The notes under the pieces were generated by a model. It saw only the letters and a list, made by a program, of their open reading frames with translations, was not told the DNA's origin and ran no database searches. A stretch of 64,000 bases of DNA from a virus. The stretch spans positions 540 through 64,539 of IMG/VR virus record IMGVR_UViG_3300022723_000094, one strand, 5' to 3'. Below, in pieces: positions 45,442-54,771 of this stretch. The number at the start of each line of letters is the position of its first letter. Positions within the stretch are counted from its first letter, which is position 1. Position numbers and translations under genes: made by a program.

Positions 45442-46944
45442 TCAGATCCATGGTGTCCACTGGTCGCCTGTAATGGTGTTCGCGTTGTTCCGCTTGCTGT
45501 GCAGTGCGCCGATCAGCTTCTCGTCGTACGTGTCTCGGGCGATCAGGTCAATGTAGGTAACTGGATCGCTACTCATCCCCGCGCGGTGGGCGCGGGCCTC
45601 GGACTGCAGCCGCTCGCGCAGGCTCCAGCTGTTCGTCATGTAGATGACCGTCTTGGCGCGGTGCAGGGTGTATCCCTCGGAGACTGCGCTCTGCTTGGCC
45701 ACGAAGAAGCGGTGGGAGCCCTCCTTCTGGAAGAGCCGTCGGGCCTTGATCCGATCTTCGTCGGGCGTGCGCCCATCCACGTAGACCGCCTCGTCCTCCC
45801 CCAGCAGGGCGCGGATCTGGTCAAACTCCCACGTCCAGCGGCAGAAGATGATGACCGAACCACTGACGTCCTCCAGGACGTCCCTCAATGCCCTCAGTCG
45901 AACGTTCTCTCCAAGGGGTACGACCTCCTCGTTGTCGTTGGTGATGAAGCCTGAGGAGACCTGAGTCATCCTGAGCATCCTTGTGAGCACGAGGTCGGCG
46001 GTCGCCGTACCGTTGTCGTCGAGCCAGGCCCTGAACTGCTTGTCCAGGTCGCGGTATGCCTTGCGCTGCTTGGGGTCGAGGTCGAAGTAGCGGCGCTCGT
46101 AGATGGAGTCCGGCAGATCCAGGACATCCGTCTTGAGTAGGCGGGAGCCTACCTCATCAACAACGTCCCGCAGCTCGTTGAGGTTGCAGTACCGGACGAG
46201 GGCGTCGAATTGACGGCCAGCTCCCAGGTCGCGGCGCTCCCAGATGCCGTAGCGGTTCTTGAAGACGCCGAAGTTGCGGATGCCCTTGCGGATCCAGGCG
46301 TCGGGGCGGATGAACTTGACCTGGCTGTAGACGTCGAAGGGGCTGTTGTCGACGGGCGTGCCGGTGAGGATCCGGCGGTACTTGGCGTACAGCTTGGGGT
46401 CGCCGCTGGCCAAGACCCGCTTGGTGATCTTCGCGTTGGGAGACTTGATGCGGCCGGACTCGTCGAGGACGTAGAGACACTCCCGCTTGGTCAGCAACTT
46501 CTTCAGGGCTTGGCTACCCTTCTCCGTCCGGACCGCGTCGTACGACATGACGAAGACGGCCAGTCCGTCGTGAGCCAGTAGGGCGTTGAACTGGTCGGTC
46601 GTCCCCTTCTGGCCAGCCTTGCCGCTATACCAAGTCATCATCTTGGCTTCGGCCTGGAGGTCGTCGGGCAGATGGGTGGGGATCTCGTCGAGCGTCCAGT
46701 TGGCGTGGACCCCGTTGGGCGCCACGACGATCATCGTGTTGACCTCGCCCTTGCGGTAGAGCCAGGAGAGCGTGCCGATAGTGGCGCAGGACTTGCCTAC
46801 CCCCATCTCCCAGAAGAGGGCGTAGCCATCCAAGTCCCTCGACTCCTCCCAGATCTTGCGCTGGTGGTCGTAGGGCGGGAGCCGGAAGTAGGGGGACGTG
46901 TCGATCACGGGAAGAAACAGGGGGACCGGGCTCGAACCGACCAA
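45442..46944 (-). CDS. SNF2-family (SF2) helicase
   Basis: EMGVGKS, VLDESGRIK, LTGTP, QSEARAHRAG; true start possibly a few codons downstream. Confidence 0.92.
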   Translation of the reverse strand: MVGSSPVPLFLPVIDTSPYFRLPPYDHQRKIWEESRDLDGYALFWEMGVGKSCATIGTLSWLYRKGEVNTMIVVAPNGVHANWTLDEIPTHLPDDLQAEAKMMTWYSGKAGQKGTTDQFNALLAHDGLAVFVMSYDAVRTEKGSQALKKLLTKRECLYVLDESGRIKSPNAKITKRVLASGDPKLYAKYRRILTGTPVDNSPFDVYSQVKFIRPDAWIRKGIRNFGVFKNRYGIWERRDLGAGRQFDALVRYCNLNELRDVVDEVGSRLLKTDVLDLPDSIYERRYFDLDPKQRKAYRDLDKQFRAWLDDNGTATADLVLTRMLRMTQVSSGFITNDNEEVVPLGENVRLRALRDVLEDVSGSVIIFCRWTWEFDQIRALLGEDEAVYVDGRTPDEDRIKARRLFQKEGSHRFFVAKQSAVSEGYTLHRAKTVIYMTNSWSLRERLQSEARAHRAGMSSDPVTYIDLIARDTYDEKLIGALHSKRNNANTITGDQWTPWI

Positions 46945-46982
46945 GGTGGTACCCGGTCCCCCAACGGGGAGAACAACACGTT

Positions 46983-47015
46983 CATCATACCCTCTACCCC
47001 AGATACAGGGGCCAT
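46983..47015 (-). promoter_or_regulatory. Putative promoter (GGGTATGATG class) heading the replication operon
   Basis: CCCTGTATCTGGGGTAGAGGGTATGATG; shares CCTGTATC.GGGG with the 16.0 kb promoter. Confidence 0.6.
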
Positions 47016-47024
47016 CTATCCCTG

Positions 47025-47060
47025 AAAAAGGAGGCCCCTGACCCGAAGACCAGGGACCTC
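47025..47060 (-). terminator. Rho-independent terminator ending the tail operon
   Basis: gagg-c-ccctg/caggg-a-cctc stem plus T5 on the minus strand. Confidence 0.7.
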
Positions 47061-47121
47061 CACCTCACCACTGCCGGACCCCCGTCCAACAGAGACTGAG
47101 CAACTGGACTAGAATGTGAAC

Positions 47122-47322
47122 GACTGAACCATGTTCAGTGGAGATTGTGCGCCCTCACGTGTCCGTCGCAGGCGATTTGCGACCTTCACTATACCCCCTA
47201 TGAAATTGAGGGGGGTATAGTGATGAGCAAGTGGGGTGCTGGTTGCTGAGGTGTGCTGCAAGTTTCAGTTCTCAGTCGATCGGAGATAAGTGTGGTGTGG
47301 GCATGGGGTTGCGACCGCTGAA
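47122..47322. repeat. Palindromic non-coding element, copy B (direct repeat of 6166-6368)
   Basis: 12-bp perfect hairpin cactataccccc/gggggtatagtg plus collinear conserved blocks. Confidence 0.85.
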
Positions 47323-47329
47323 CCCGAAG

Positions 47330-47623
47330 TCACGAGTTCAGCGCTGCCTTGATTCCCAGCCAGATCGCCCCACAAAGGGCAGTCACCAGCAGTCCCACGA
47401 GCGCGAATAGCCCACGGGACTTGACCTTCTCGGTCGTCTCGCGGAGTTCCCGGATGAAGGCCATGTCGGCTTGGAGCTGCAGCGGGTCCTTCGCGTCCAT
47501 GCCCATGGTGATGAGGGTCTCCTGCACGGCGGTTCGTACAACGTCCTGCACCTGGATGGCCGATGGCTCTCGGGCATCCTGCAGCTCGCTGCGGATCAGC
47601 TCGCGGAGTTCTTCTTCAGTCAT
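47330..47623 (-). CDS. C-terminally anchored membrane protein (possibly lysis-related), 97 aa
   Basis: Helical N-terminus, then TM GLFALVGLLVTALCGAIWLGI. Confidence 0.7.
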   Translation of the reverse strand: MTEEELRELIRSELQDAREPSAIQVQDVVRTAVQETLITMGMDAKDPLQLQADMAFIRELRETTEKVKSRGLFALVGLLVTALCGAIWLGIKAALNS

Positions 47624-47625
47624 GA

Positions 47626-50565
47626 TCAGGGCTCCAGGATGGCGAAGGCGTCTTGGCCCGCCCCAGCAGCGACCATGTCGATCTGCTTGAGGTAGCCGGT
47701 GTCCGTCGCGAGATTGCGGATCTCGATGGTGTCGGTGTTCACCACGCCGACGATGCTGCCGGTGGTGTTGCCGTAGGGGATGAGTTGGGTCCACGAGCCA
47801 CCGTTGAGGCGGTACTCGATGTCGCCCGAGCCGCCGCCGAAGGCGGACGACAGGGTGAAGTTGTAGGTGCCGTTGACCGTGGCCGTGTAGATAGCCGAGA
47901 TCGAGGACATCTGGAGCAGACCGAACTCGAACTGGCCGGTCAGGGCCGTCGTGATGGCGAAATCGTGCTCGATGGTTTGACGGGACTTGAGAACCTCTGA
48001 GGTCTCCGTGTGGGACGCTCGGATGGAGACCCGGAGGTCGCCCGTCGGCACCGCGCCGGAGAGCGCCTGGAGGACGTCGATGCGGTCGATGCCGACATTC
48101 GTTCCAGAGAAGGCGGTGAACGCCGTGATGAGATCGTTCGCACCCGTCGGGTCGTGTCGGACCTCGATGTCGTGGTCAAGCGAGAAGCCGGTGCTCGGGT
48201 TGTCCACTCCGAGCTGGGAGATCTCGTCACCCGCGAGGCGGCCGATGAGGTGGTCGCGACGCAGGATGTCCACGTCGATGTGATAGTCCTCGGGGCCGGA
48301 CCCGTTCCCCTCCATGTTGACCGCGGTCGTGTCCCATGTCGTACCATTCAGGTCCAGCTCGCTCGGGGGATACGGTCGGCGGAGCCGCTTGTCCATCGCG
48401 AAGGCGATGGTCGTGGCGCTGGCCTCGGCGAGCTCGACCCCGAAGCCCTGGGGGATCAGCTTGACGTCCACGTTGTCCGTCTCCGACAGCTCGAAGTCGG
48501 CAACCACGGAGCCCGACTGCATGATGAAGACCTCCGCGTTGATCGCGTGGTCCGCCTGGACGCTGTCGAGCACGCCACGGTAGACGTTGTTGAACTGGAC
48601 CTCAGTCGCGCTGATCTGGGTGCTCTCAACCAGCATGAACTCATCGTCGATGAGAATGAGGTTCACGAGCGAATTGCCCATCTCCGTGGGGTTTGACGTG
48701 AGCAGCTCCGCAATGATCTCGGCCTGTGTGTCGGGCGTGCTGTTGACGAGGAAGTTGGTCTGCGGGATGGCGGCCGACTTGCCCAGTGCAGCGTTGAGCT
48801 CCCCCATCTTGAGGAAGAGCTGGCCCACCGCACGCTCGGTGAACGCTCCCGCGGGCGTGCCGGACGCGTGCCGCTCGCGCACGGAGAAGTCGATGGCGCT
48901 GCCGGGGCGGCGGCCCATGGCCATGAAGTTGACGCGCAGAACGCCCGGGGAGGCCGGATCTCGGGCCGCGATGGCGGCGGGCGTCTCGAAGGCACGCTGC
49001 TGATCCGTGGGGAACGCGACGATGTTGTCGGCAGGCGGGACCCAGCCCGTGCCGGTCGGGTCATTGAAGGAAGGCTCGAACTCGTAGAAGATGTCCTGCA
49101 GCAGCTCGAGACGGATGCGGTTGTTTTCCAGCTCTCCGAAGTCGATTGCCGTGACACGCATCGGCAGCTTGGTGATGCCGAGGTAGGCGTGGGTGAACTC
49201 CAATGCATCGCCCGGAAGGGTGTCCCAGAAGGTCCGGTCGACGATGATCGTGGCCTTGGCCAACGGGTAAGCGAAGCCCCGCAGCTCGCGCCACGCCAGG
49301 TTGTTGGCGAGCGTACTGTTCTTGACGCCCGGGAAGTTGGCCGTGGCCGCCGTGACGGTGTCCAGGATCCGGTCGTTCGCCGAGTCCTGTGCCATTGCGT
49401 ACGTCGTCTTGTACTCGTCGCTGCGGTCGACGAACTGGACCCGTACTTGGTTCTGAGTGCCTTCCCAGCTGCCACGCGAGAAGGTGTTCAGCTCGACCAT
49501 GTTGCCTTCGTTGATCTCCGGCAGCGTCCCGGGCGTGTAGTCGGCGCGGATGAGCTTGATCTCCCACTTGCTGGTGGAGTGGTTGAAGCGGACGACCCCG
49601 TTGATCTGCTCCTCGATGAGACGGATGACGTCGCTGGCCTCCTGCTTGCTGTCGATGATGTACGAGAATCCGTTCCCCTCGTCGAAGAGCGTGATACCCG
49701 CCGTATCGAAATTCGTCGTGTCGATGTCCGCCGCGTCGTAGCCAAGGCCCCACGCCTTGTTCGTCATGATCTCATAGAGCACGTTCGCCGGATTGGCGTC
49801 GAATCCGTTCACGAGTTCCCGGCCCGCGGTCATGGACAGGCCGTTCGGGATGCGACGCAGCTCGAACTTCCAGGGCTTGATCGACGTGGAGTTGCCCACG
49901 TAGGAGTTCTGGGTATCCGGCGCGACGTAGACGATGCCGCGGTAGGCGGGCGTGTCCCCTCCCTCCAGCTGGAAGGCGTCCAGGTAGCCGCTGACCGCCT
50001 GGTCGGTACGGCCCGCGAAGAAGCGGAACGTTCCCTCAAAGCCGCCCTGGCCGTGCTCCTCGCCCCCGAAGAGATCGGGGTCGTCGACGGTGAAGGTGTC
50101 GTTGTGGGTGATGGGGCTGCTGGTGAAGTCCGCAACCTGGTCGTCTCCGATCCAGAACCCGAGCAGCTCCGGCTCGTACGCATCGTCCACGCCAAGGGCG
50201 AACGCCATCTGCATACCGATCCGGTACTGGTATCCCTTGGTGACAGTCTGGGAGGAGAAGAGGCCAGTCTTGACCTTCTCGGTGATGGGCACCTGGAGGA
50301 GGTCGCCGTACCACACGACGTTCGGGCCGTCGAAGCGGACGGTTCCCCAGAAGGCCGGCACGACTCGGCCCTCCGTTGCGGTGGGGAACGTGAAGTCGCC
50401 CAACGAACTGGCCTTGGCGTCCTCGATCTTGGGCTTCGGCCGAACCAGCTCGAGGATCACGAAGATTGCCAGCTGGATGACGAAATTCCAGAAGCCTGCT
50501 CGGCGGTAGGACTTCGGATCGCGTGCCCACCGAGCGCGGGCCTTCATCTGCTTGGAGAGCTTCAT
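47626..50565 (-). CDS. Tail tip / central fibre (baseplate hub, host-specificity) protein
   Basis: PTATEGRVVP.FWGT..GPNVVWYGDL, PAYRG, NPANVLYE, V.VQFVDR..EY, RVT.IDFG; TGATG overlap with the upstream gene. Confidence 0.82.
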   Translation of the reverse strand: MKLSKQMKARARWARDPKSYRRAGFWNFVIQLAIFVILELVRPKPKIEDAKASSLGDFTFPTATEGRVVPAFWGTVRFDGPNVVWYGDLLQVPITEKVKTGLFSSQTVTKGYQYRIGMQMAFALGVDDAYEPELLGFWIGDDQVADFTSSPITHNDTFTVDDPDLFGGEEHGQGGFEGTFRFFAGRTDQAVSGYLDAFQLEGGDTPAYRGIVYVAPDTQNSYVGNSTSIKPWKFELRRIPNGLSMTAGRELVNGFDANPANVLYEIMTNKAWGLGYDAADIDTTNFDTAGITLFDEGNGFSYIIDSKQEASDVIRLIEEQINGVVRFNHSTSKWEIKLIRADYTPGTLPEINEGNMVELNTFSRGSWEGTQNQVRVQFVDRSDEYKTTYAMAQDSANDRILDTVTAATANFPGVKNSTLANNLAWRELRGFAYPLAKATIIVDRTFWDTLPGDALEFTHAYLGITKLPMRVTAIDFGELENNRIRLELLQDIFYEFEPSFNDPTGTGWVPPADNIVAFPTDQQRAFETPAAIAARDPASPGVLRVNFMAMGRRPGSAIDFSVRERHASGTPAGAFTERAVGQLFLKMGELNAALGKSAAIPQTNFLVNSTPDTQAEIIAELLTSNPTEMGNSLVNLILIDDEFMLVESTQISATEVQFNNVYRGVLDSVQADHAINAEVFIMQSGSVVADFELSETDNVDVKLIPQGFGVELAEASATTIAFAMDKRLRRPYPPSELDLNGTTWDTTAVNMEGNGSGPEDYHIDVDILRRDHLIGRLAGDEISQLGVDNPSTGFSLDHDIEVRHDPTGANDLITAFTAFSGTNVGIDRIDVLQALSGAVPTGDLRVSIRASHTETSEVLKSRQTIEHDFAITTALTGQFEFGLLQMSSISAIYTATVNGTYNFTLSSAFGGGSGDIEYRLNGGSWTQLIPYGNTTGSIVGVVNTDTIEIRNLATDTGYLKQIDMVAAGAGQDAFAILEP

Positions 50566-51395
50566 CAGATGCGGATCCCGGTCTGGAAGACGTTCTTGCT
50601 GGGGACGAAGGCGAAGCCTCCGAAATTGATCACGTTGTCGAACTTGCTCTTGCAGGTTGCGATGCTGTGGTCGCATCCGGCGAAGACCGTGACGTTGGTG
50701 CCCAGCACAGGGCTGCCAAAGGGCAGGAGCAGCGTGAGGACCTCTCCGGTCTGTTCCAGGATGAGTCGCCGTTCGGCAGCGCCCGCGCTCTCGACCCAGC
50801 CGCCAGTGTAGTAGCCAGCTCCATTCGCGCCCGCGCCCGTGACCGTGATCTGGTTGGAGGACTCCACTGTGACTGCTGCAGTAGATAGGCGGAAGGACGG
50901 ATCCGTGTCGTCGACCTGGCAGAGATCGTCGTAGAGGACGTGGTTGCAGAGCCCCTGGTAGGTGTGCGTGGGAATGGACTTGGACTGCGCGGTGACGAGG
51001 GGCTCGATCCGGATCTTGGCCAGTCGACCGGACTGCTCGAAGAGGACCGAGGAAATCTTGCCGCTGAAGATCTGGATGACTTCCGGCGTCGGGAAGTCAG
51101 GACGTTGGATGCGCTCGATGACCACCAGGGCCTGGACCCCCGGGATGCTGTTGATGAACTGGGTGGCGATGGCGTTGTCGCCAGGGACCTCCAGGACCAG
51201 ATGTTCCTTGCGACTGTCCGGCCCGCCACCAGTCACCTTGGTACGCTTGATCGGAATCGCCGTGAACGTGTCTCCGTCCTCGACGATGTCGTCCTCCGCG
51301 GACGTGTACCGCGTGATCACGGCACCGATCGTGAACGTGTAGAGCTCGATCGGGGCAGAGCCCTTGGTTGATTCCTCGAAGGTGTCGAAAGCCAT
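50565..51395 (-). CDS. Baseplate hub protein (DUF2163 / BR0599-like)
   Basis: PIELYTF, QGLCNHVLYD..C, GYYTGG, AGCDHSIATCKSKFDNVINFGGF.FVP. Confidence 0.88.
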   Translation of the reverse strand: MAFDTFEESTKGSAPIELYTFTIGAVITRYTSAEDDIVEDGDTFTAIPIKRTKVTGGGPDSRKEHLVLEVPGDNAIATQFINSIPGVQALVVIERIQRPDFPTPEVIQIFSGKISSVLFEQSGRLAKIRIEPLVTAQSKSIPTHTYQGLCNHVLYDDLCQVDDTDPSFRLSTAAVTVESSNQITVTGAGANGAGYYTGGWVESAGAAERRLILEQTGEVLTLLLPFGSPVLGTNVTVFAGCDHSIATCKSKFDNVINFGGFAFVPSKNVFQTGIRI

Positions 51396-51401
51396 TGGGG
51401 G

Positions 51402-53147
51402 TCAGGGGTTGTCGAATGAGGTGATGACGGGAGCCTCGAAGTAGACTTGTCGGTTCCCTCGGACGTACTCGATGTTGATCTCGTCGGAGTTGTAGTGGAC
51501 CTCCTCCAGATAGCTGATCCGGTCGATGTCGGCGACGTCAATCTCGCTCGGCCAGACCGTGTCTACCACCAAGGTCTCGTTGTCGTCGTCGATCTCAGTG
51601 CTGCTGGTGATCTCCCGCTGCAGCGTGGTGCCGTCGTTGAGGCGAATCCAGATGTGCCGCTTCGGGCCACGGTTCTGGACGTGCTGGGTGAAACCGATGT
51701 TGACGATGTCCAGATCGGAATCCAAGGCGAGCAGGTTCCCCGTGGGCGTGAGGTCCTTGCCGAACGTGGGCACGTAGAAGCTCAGCTGCCGGCCACCGAA
51801 GTAGTGCATCAGCTGGCGCAGGTCCCAGACCTCGGCCCTACTGTTCGCCCGAAGGGTGAGCGGGTAGCCGCGCTTGCCGTAGGCCCACGGGCCATCCTGC
51901 TGGGTGAGGCCAGTGCCGTTGTCCGTGAGGACGATGCGGCGGACGAAGCTCTCGCTCAGGCTGCCGCCCCTCAGGACGTTGCAGTCCTCCAGAAGGACCA
52001 GCCCGTTGTAGGTGGGCCATCCGGTCGCATCCGCCAGGTCGCTGTCGTTGTCCAGGACCCTGAAGGAGATCTGAAGGTCTTGGTTGGCGTTGGGGAAGCG
52101 GCTCCCTTGTACGTCCTCGCGCATGTTGGCGGTCCGCAGGGGGACCACTGCCGACCGGACTGGGAAGCTGTTCAGGATGGCGTTCTCGAAGGTGATGGTC
52201 GTGGCCGTGAAGCTGTCGATGGTCTGCACGTCGAACAGCGTGCCGTCCGCGAAGATCAGGGCGAGCCCACCGACACGGTAGTCGGCGTCAGCGGTGCTCT
52301 CCACGTTGATCGTGAGCGCCCCCGCGGTCGCGGCAACCGTGAGCTGAGTGGCCTCATGCCACATGGGGAGGCCCCAGGTTCGGGCCTGCCAATCGAACAG
52401 CAGAGAGTCGACCTTCTGCTTGTCGAAGAAGCCGTCCTCCATGCGGACGTTCCAGTTCATCAGCTGGCGAGGGTTCTTTCGAACCTTGATCCGCTGGGAG
52501 CCCCCATCCTCATGCGGGATGATGTCCGTCTTGAACTGCATCCGTTCGCGGTACGGCAGCTCCGGCTTGACGGGGAACAGGACGATCCGGTTGAGAACGA
52601 TCGGGACGTTGATCGTGACCCCACCGAAGTCGAACTCGAAGGCCAGGTCGTCGTCGACCGTGGGGTTGCCCACCGTTGTGACCTCGAGAGTCATGAGGTA
52701 GCCGTCCAGCGGGTTCATCACGGCAGGTAGCGAGGGGACGCCCAACAGGGTCGTGCCCGCGCCCGCGTTGTTCGTGAAGGACGACCACGTCCGGAACTCC
52801 TTGCGGAAGCCGGAGAAGACCTCCAGGGGACTTGTCTGCGTCGAGAGGACGTTGCCGAAGTCGAAGGACCGCGGAACAACGTGGAAGTTCTCGAAGAAGT
52901 CCGGGGCCACGACGTCCGAGAAGAGGCCCGCGAAGACTGCGCCAGCCGTGTGATCAGTCTTGCCCCCGCCGGGCACGAGGTTGAACATCTCCGTCAGGAG
53001 GTTCTCCGCGATGGCGTCGTCGCCAGTGACCTCGTGGACCACACGCTCGAACGCCTCCGGACTGGCGATACCATCCGCCGGATCGGCGACGTAGTACACC
53101 ACCGGATCATCGATGGGAGCGTGGACGAGGCCTGCGAAGTCGGCCAT
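51402..53147 (-). CDS. Distal tail / virion structural protein
   Basis: TDII...DG.SQRIKVRKNPRQ, GRQLSFYVPT; position. Confidence 0.7.
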   Translation of the reverse strand: MADFAGLVHAPIDDPVVYYVADPADGIASPEAFERVVHEVTGDDAIAENLLTEMFNLVPGGGKTDHTAGAVFAGLFSDVVAPDFFENFHVVPRSFDFGNVLSTQTSPLEVFSGFRKEFRTWSSFTNNAGAGTTLLGVPSLPAVMNPLDGYLMTLEVTTVGNPTVDDDLAFEFDFGGVTINVPIVLNRIVLFPVKPELPYRERMQFKTDIIPHEDGGSQRIKVRKNPRQLMNWNVRMEDGFFDKQKVDSLLFDWQARTWGLPMWHEATQLTVAATAGALTINVESTADADYRVGGLALIFADGTLFDVQTIDSFTATTITFENAILNSFPVRSAVVPLRTANMREDVQGSRFPNANQDLQISFRVLDNDSDLADATGWPTYNGLVLLEDCNVLRGGSLSESFVRRIVLTDNGTGLTQQDGPWAYGKRGYPLTLRANSRAEVWDLRQLMHYFGGRQLSFYVPTFGKDLTPTGNLLALDSDLDIVNIGFTQHVQNRGPKRHIWIRLNDGTTLQREITSSTEIDDDNETLVVDTVWPSEIDVADIDRISYLEEVHYNSDEINIEYVRGNRQVYFEAPVITSFDNP

Positions 53148-54166
53148 CAGGTGGTGACCTTCTTGTAGGCGATGCCCGAGTAGTAGGTCCGGCCGACGAT
53201 GTTGTCCTCGGTGCGCCGTACCTGGGGGAATACGACCCAGACGTCCGAGCCGATCGTGACCTCCTGCCCGGGGGCGAAGTTGAAGATGTCGATCATGCGG
53301 ATGTCGGGAATGTTCCCCAGGAAGTAGCAGAAGTCGTTGTCGAAGTCCCTCGTCCAGATCGCCAGGGGCGTGAGCGGGATGTGCCCCGTGGAGACATCGC
53401 TGCGGAATTGCGCCAGAGGCCAGAGAGGACCGCCACGGAAGCCACCGAAGGCCAGCCGCTTGGTCTCACCCGCCGTATCGTTGAAGTCAGGATCGTCGGC
53501 CGCTACACCTCCCGCGTGGTGCAGCCACTTCTCCGAAGCGCCCTGATGCGGCAGACCTTCCGCATGGATTGTCGAGCCTCGACGAGCGGTCGTACCCGCA
53601 GAGGTGGAATCGAGACCATCGAAGAGGGGATCTGCTCCTGTGTCAACGGCCGAGGAGTTCGTGGCTTCATCGGCGAAGTGTCCGTAGCAGTATTCACCTC
53701 CGGTCCAGTCGTTGAACTTCTCCATCTCGCCCCAGCCGAAGTGACGGTAGCTCTCAGACGAGATCTCCACCACGACGTGCACGTAGGCGGGACCGCTGTC
53801 CTGCTCGAAGAAGTGGTAGCTCGGGAAGGGGCCGTCACCGATGTCGTTCACGCAGCGCTCGTCATCGAGCTGCGCGTCCGTGCCGAAGGAGCCGTTGTAC
53901 CCGTTGCCGCTGTCATCCGTGTGGGCACCAGGGAAGACGGCCCCGCCGTTGCCGAGCGCCTGGTGGACGCTCATGTTGTTGGGGGCGTTGGCAACCCACT
54001 TGAGCCCCACGTGCATGCTGTTCTTGTTCCACTGAGCGAAGCCTTCGGCGGCGACACTGGCCCCGTCGTCGAAGTCGTCCTGGGTCCACCCGTTGGCGAC
54101 CATGAACGTGTCGAGCTTGCTCAGGAGATCGCCAAGATCGGTGGCGCTGCCGGTTTCGTATGCCAT
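53147..54166 (-). CDS. Virion structural protein (YuA-like tail tip)
   Basis: MAYETGSATDLGDLL.KL..F...NGW; C-terminal GQEVTIGSD.WVVFP. Confidence 0.72.
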   Translation of the reverse strand: MAYETGSATDLGDLLSKLDTFMVANGWTQDDFDDGASVAAEGFAQWNKNSMHVGLKWVANAPNNMSVHQALGNGGAVFPGAHTDDSGNGYNGSFGTDAQLDDERCVNDIGDGPFPSYHFFEQDSGPAYVHVVVEISSESYRHFGWGEMEKFNDWTGGEYCYGHFADEATNSSAVDTGADPLFDGLDSTSAGTTARRGSTIHAEGLPHQGASEKWLHHAGGVAADDPDFNDTAGETKRLAFGGFRGGPLWPLAQFRSDVSTGHIPLTPLAIWTRDFDNDFCYFLGNIPDIRMIDIFNFAPGQEVTIGSDVWVVFPQVRRTEDNIVGRTYYSGIAYKKVTT

Positions 54167-54198
54167 TACTTTTCCCCCTGGACAGGGTAGGATTCGGT

Positions 54199-54771
54199 GT
54201 GAACCATTACGTCTACCGAATTGATCGTCCCTCGACGGGTCAATACTACATTGGCATCCGGTCGTGTAGCTGTTGGCCCACCGACGACACTCGGTACATG
54301 GGCTCCGGAACTCGGGTGTCGCGAATCGCTCGCGGGGAACTTCGGAAGAAGATCCTCGTGATCGTTCAGACTCGAGAAGAGGCCGCGAGAATCGAGAGGG
54401 AACTTGTCCGTCTTGATGACCCGTTGTGTCTCAACCTGTGTGAGGGCGGGCAGAAAGGTCCGGTGGGGTGTGTTCGATCGGAGGAGACACGAGCTAGAAT
54501 GTCCAAAGCCATGACGGGAATCAGTCATGGGTTCGGAAATACAAACTCGCTCGGTCATCGACATACACCCGAGTCCAGGGCAAAGATGAGCAAAGCCCAG
54601 AAGGGACGCAAGCACTCTGAAGAAACTCGTCGCAAGATCTCGGAATCCCAGAAGGGACGACTTGGTGGGTTTGTGGGTAGGAAGCACTCTGAGGAGACCA
54701 GGCGCAAGATGCGTGAATCGGCGCTTCGCAGGTATAGGAAAAAGGATCATGACTCGTCGAGCGCGAAGTAG
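54199..54771 (+). mobile_element. GIY-YIG homing endonuclease with NUMOD3 repeats, copy 4, antisense within the tail operon
   Basis: HYVYRIDRPSTGQYYIGIRS, YMGSG, EEAARIERELV; four H/RSEETR-like repeats; GTG start at 54199. Confidence 0.87.
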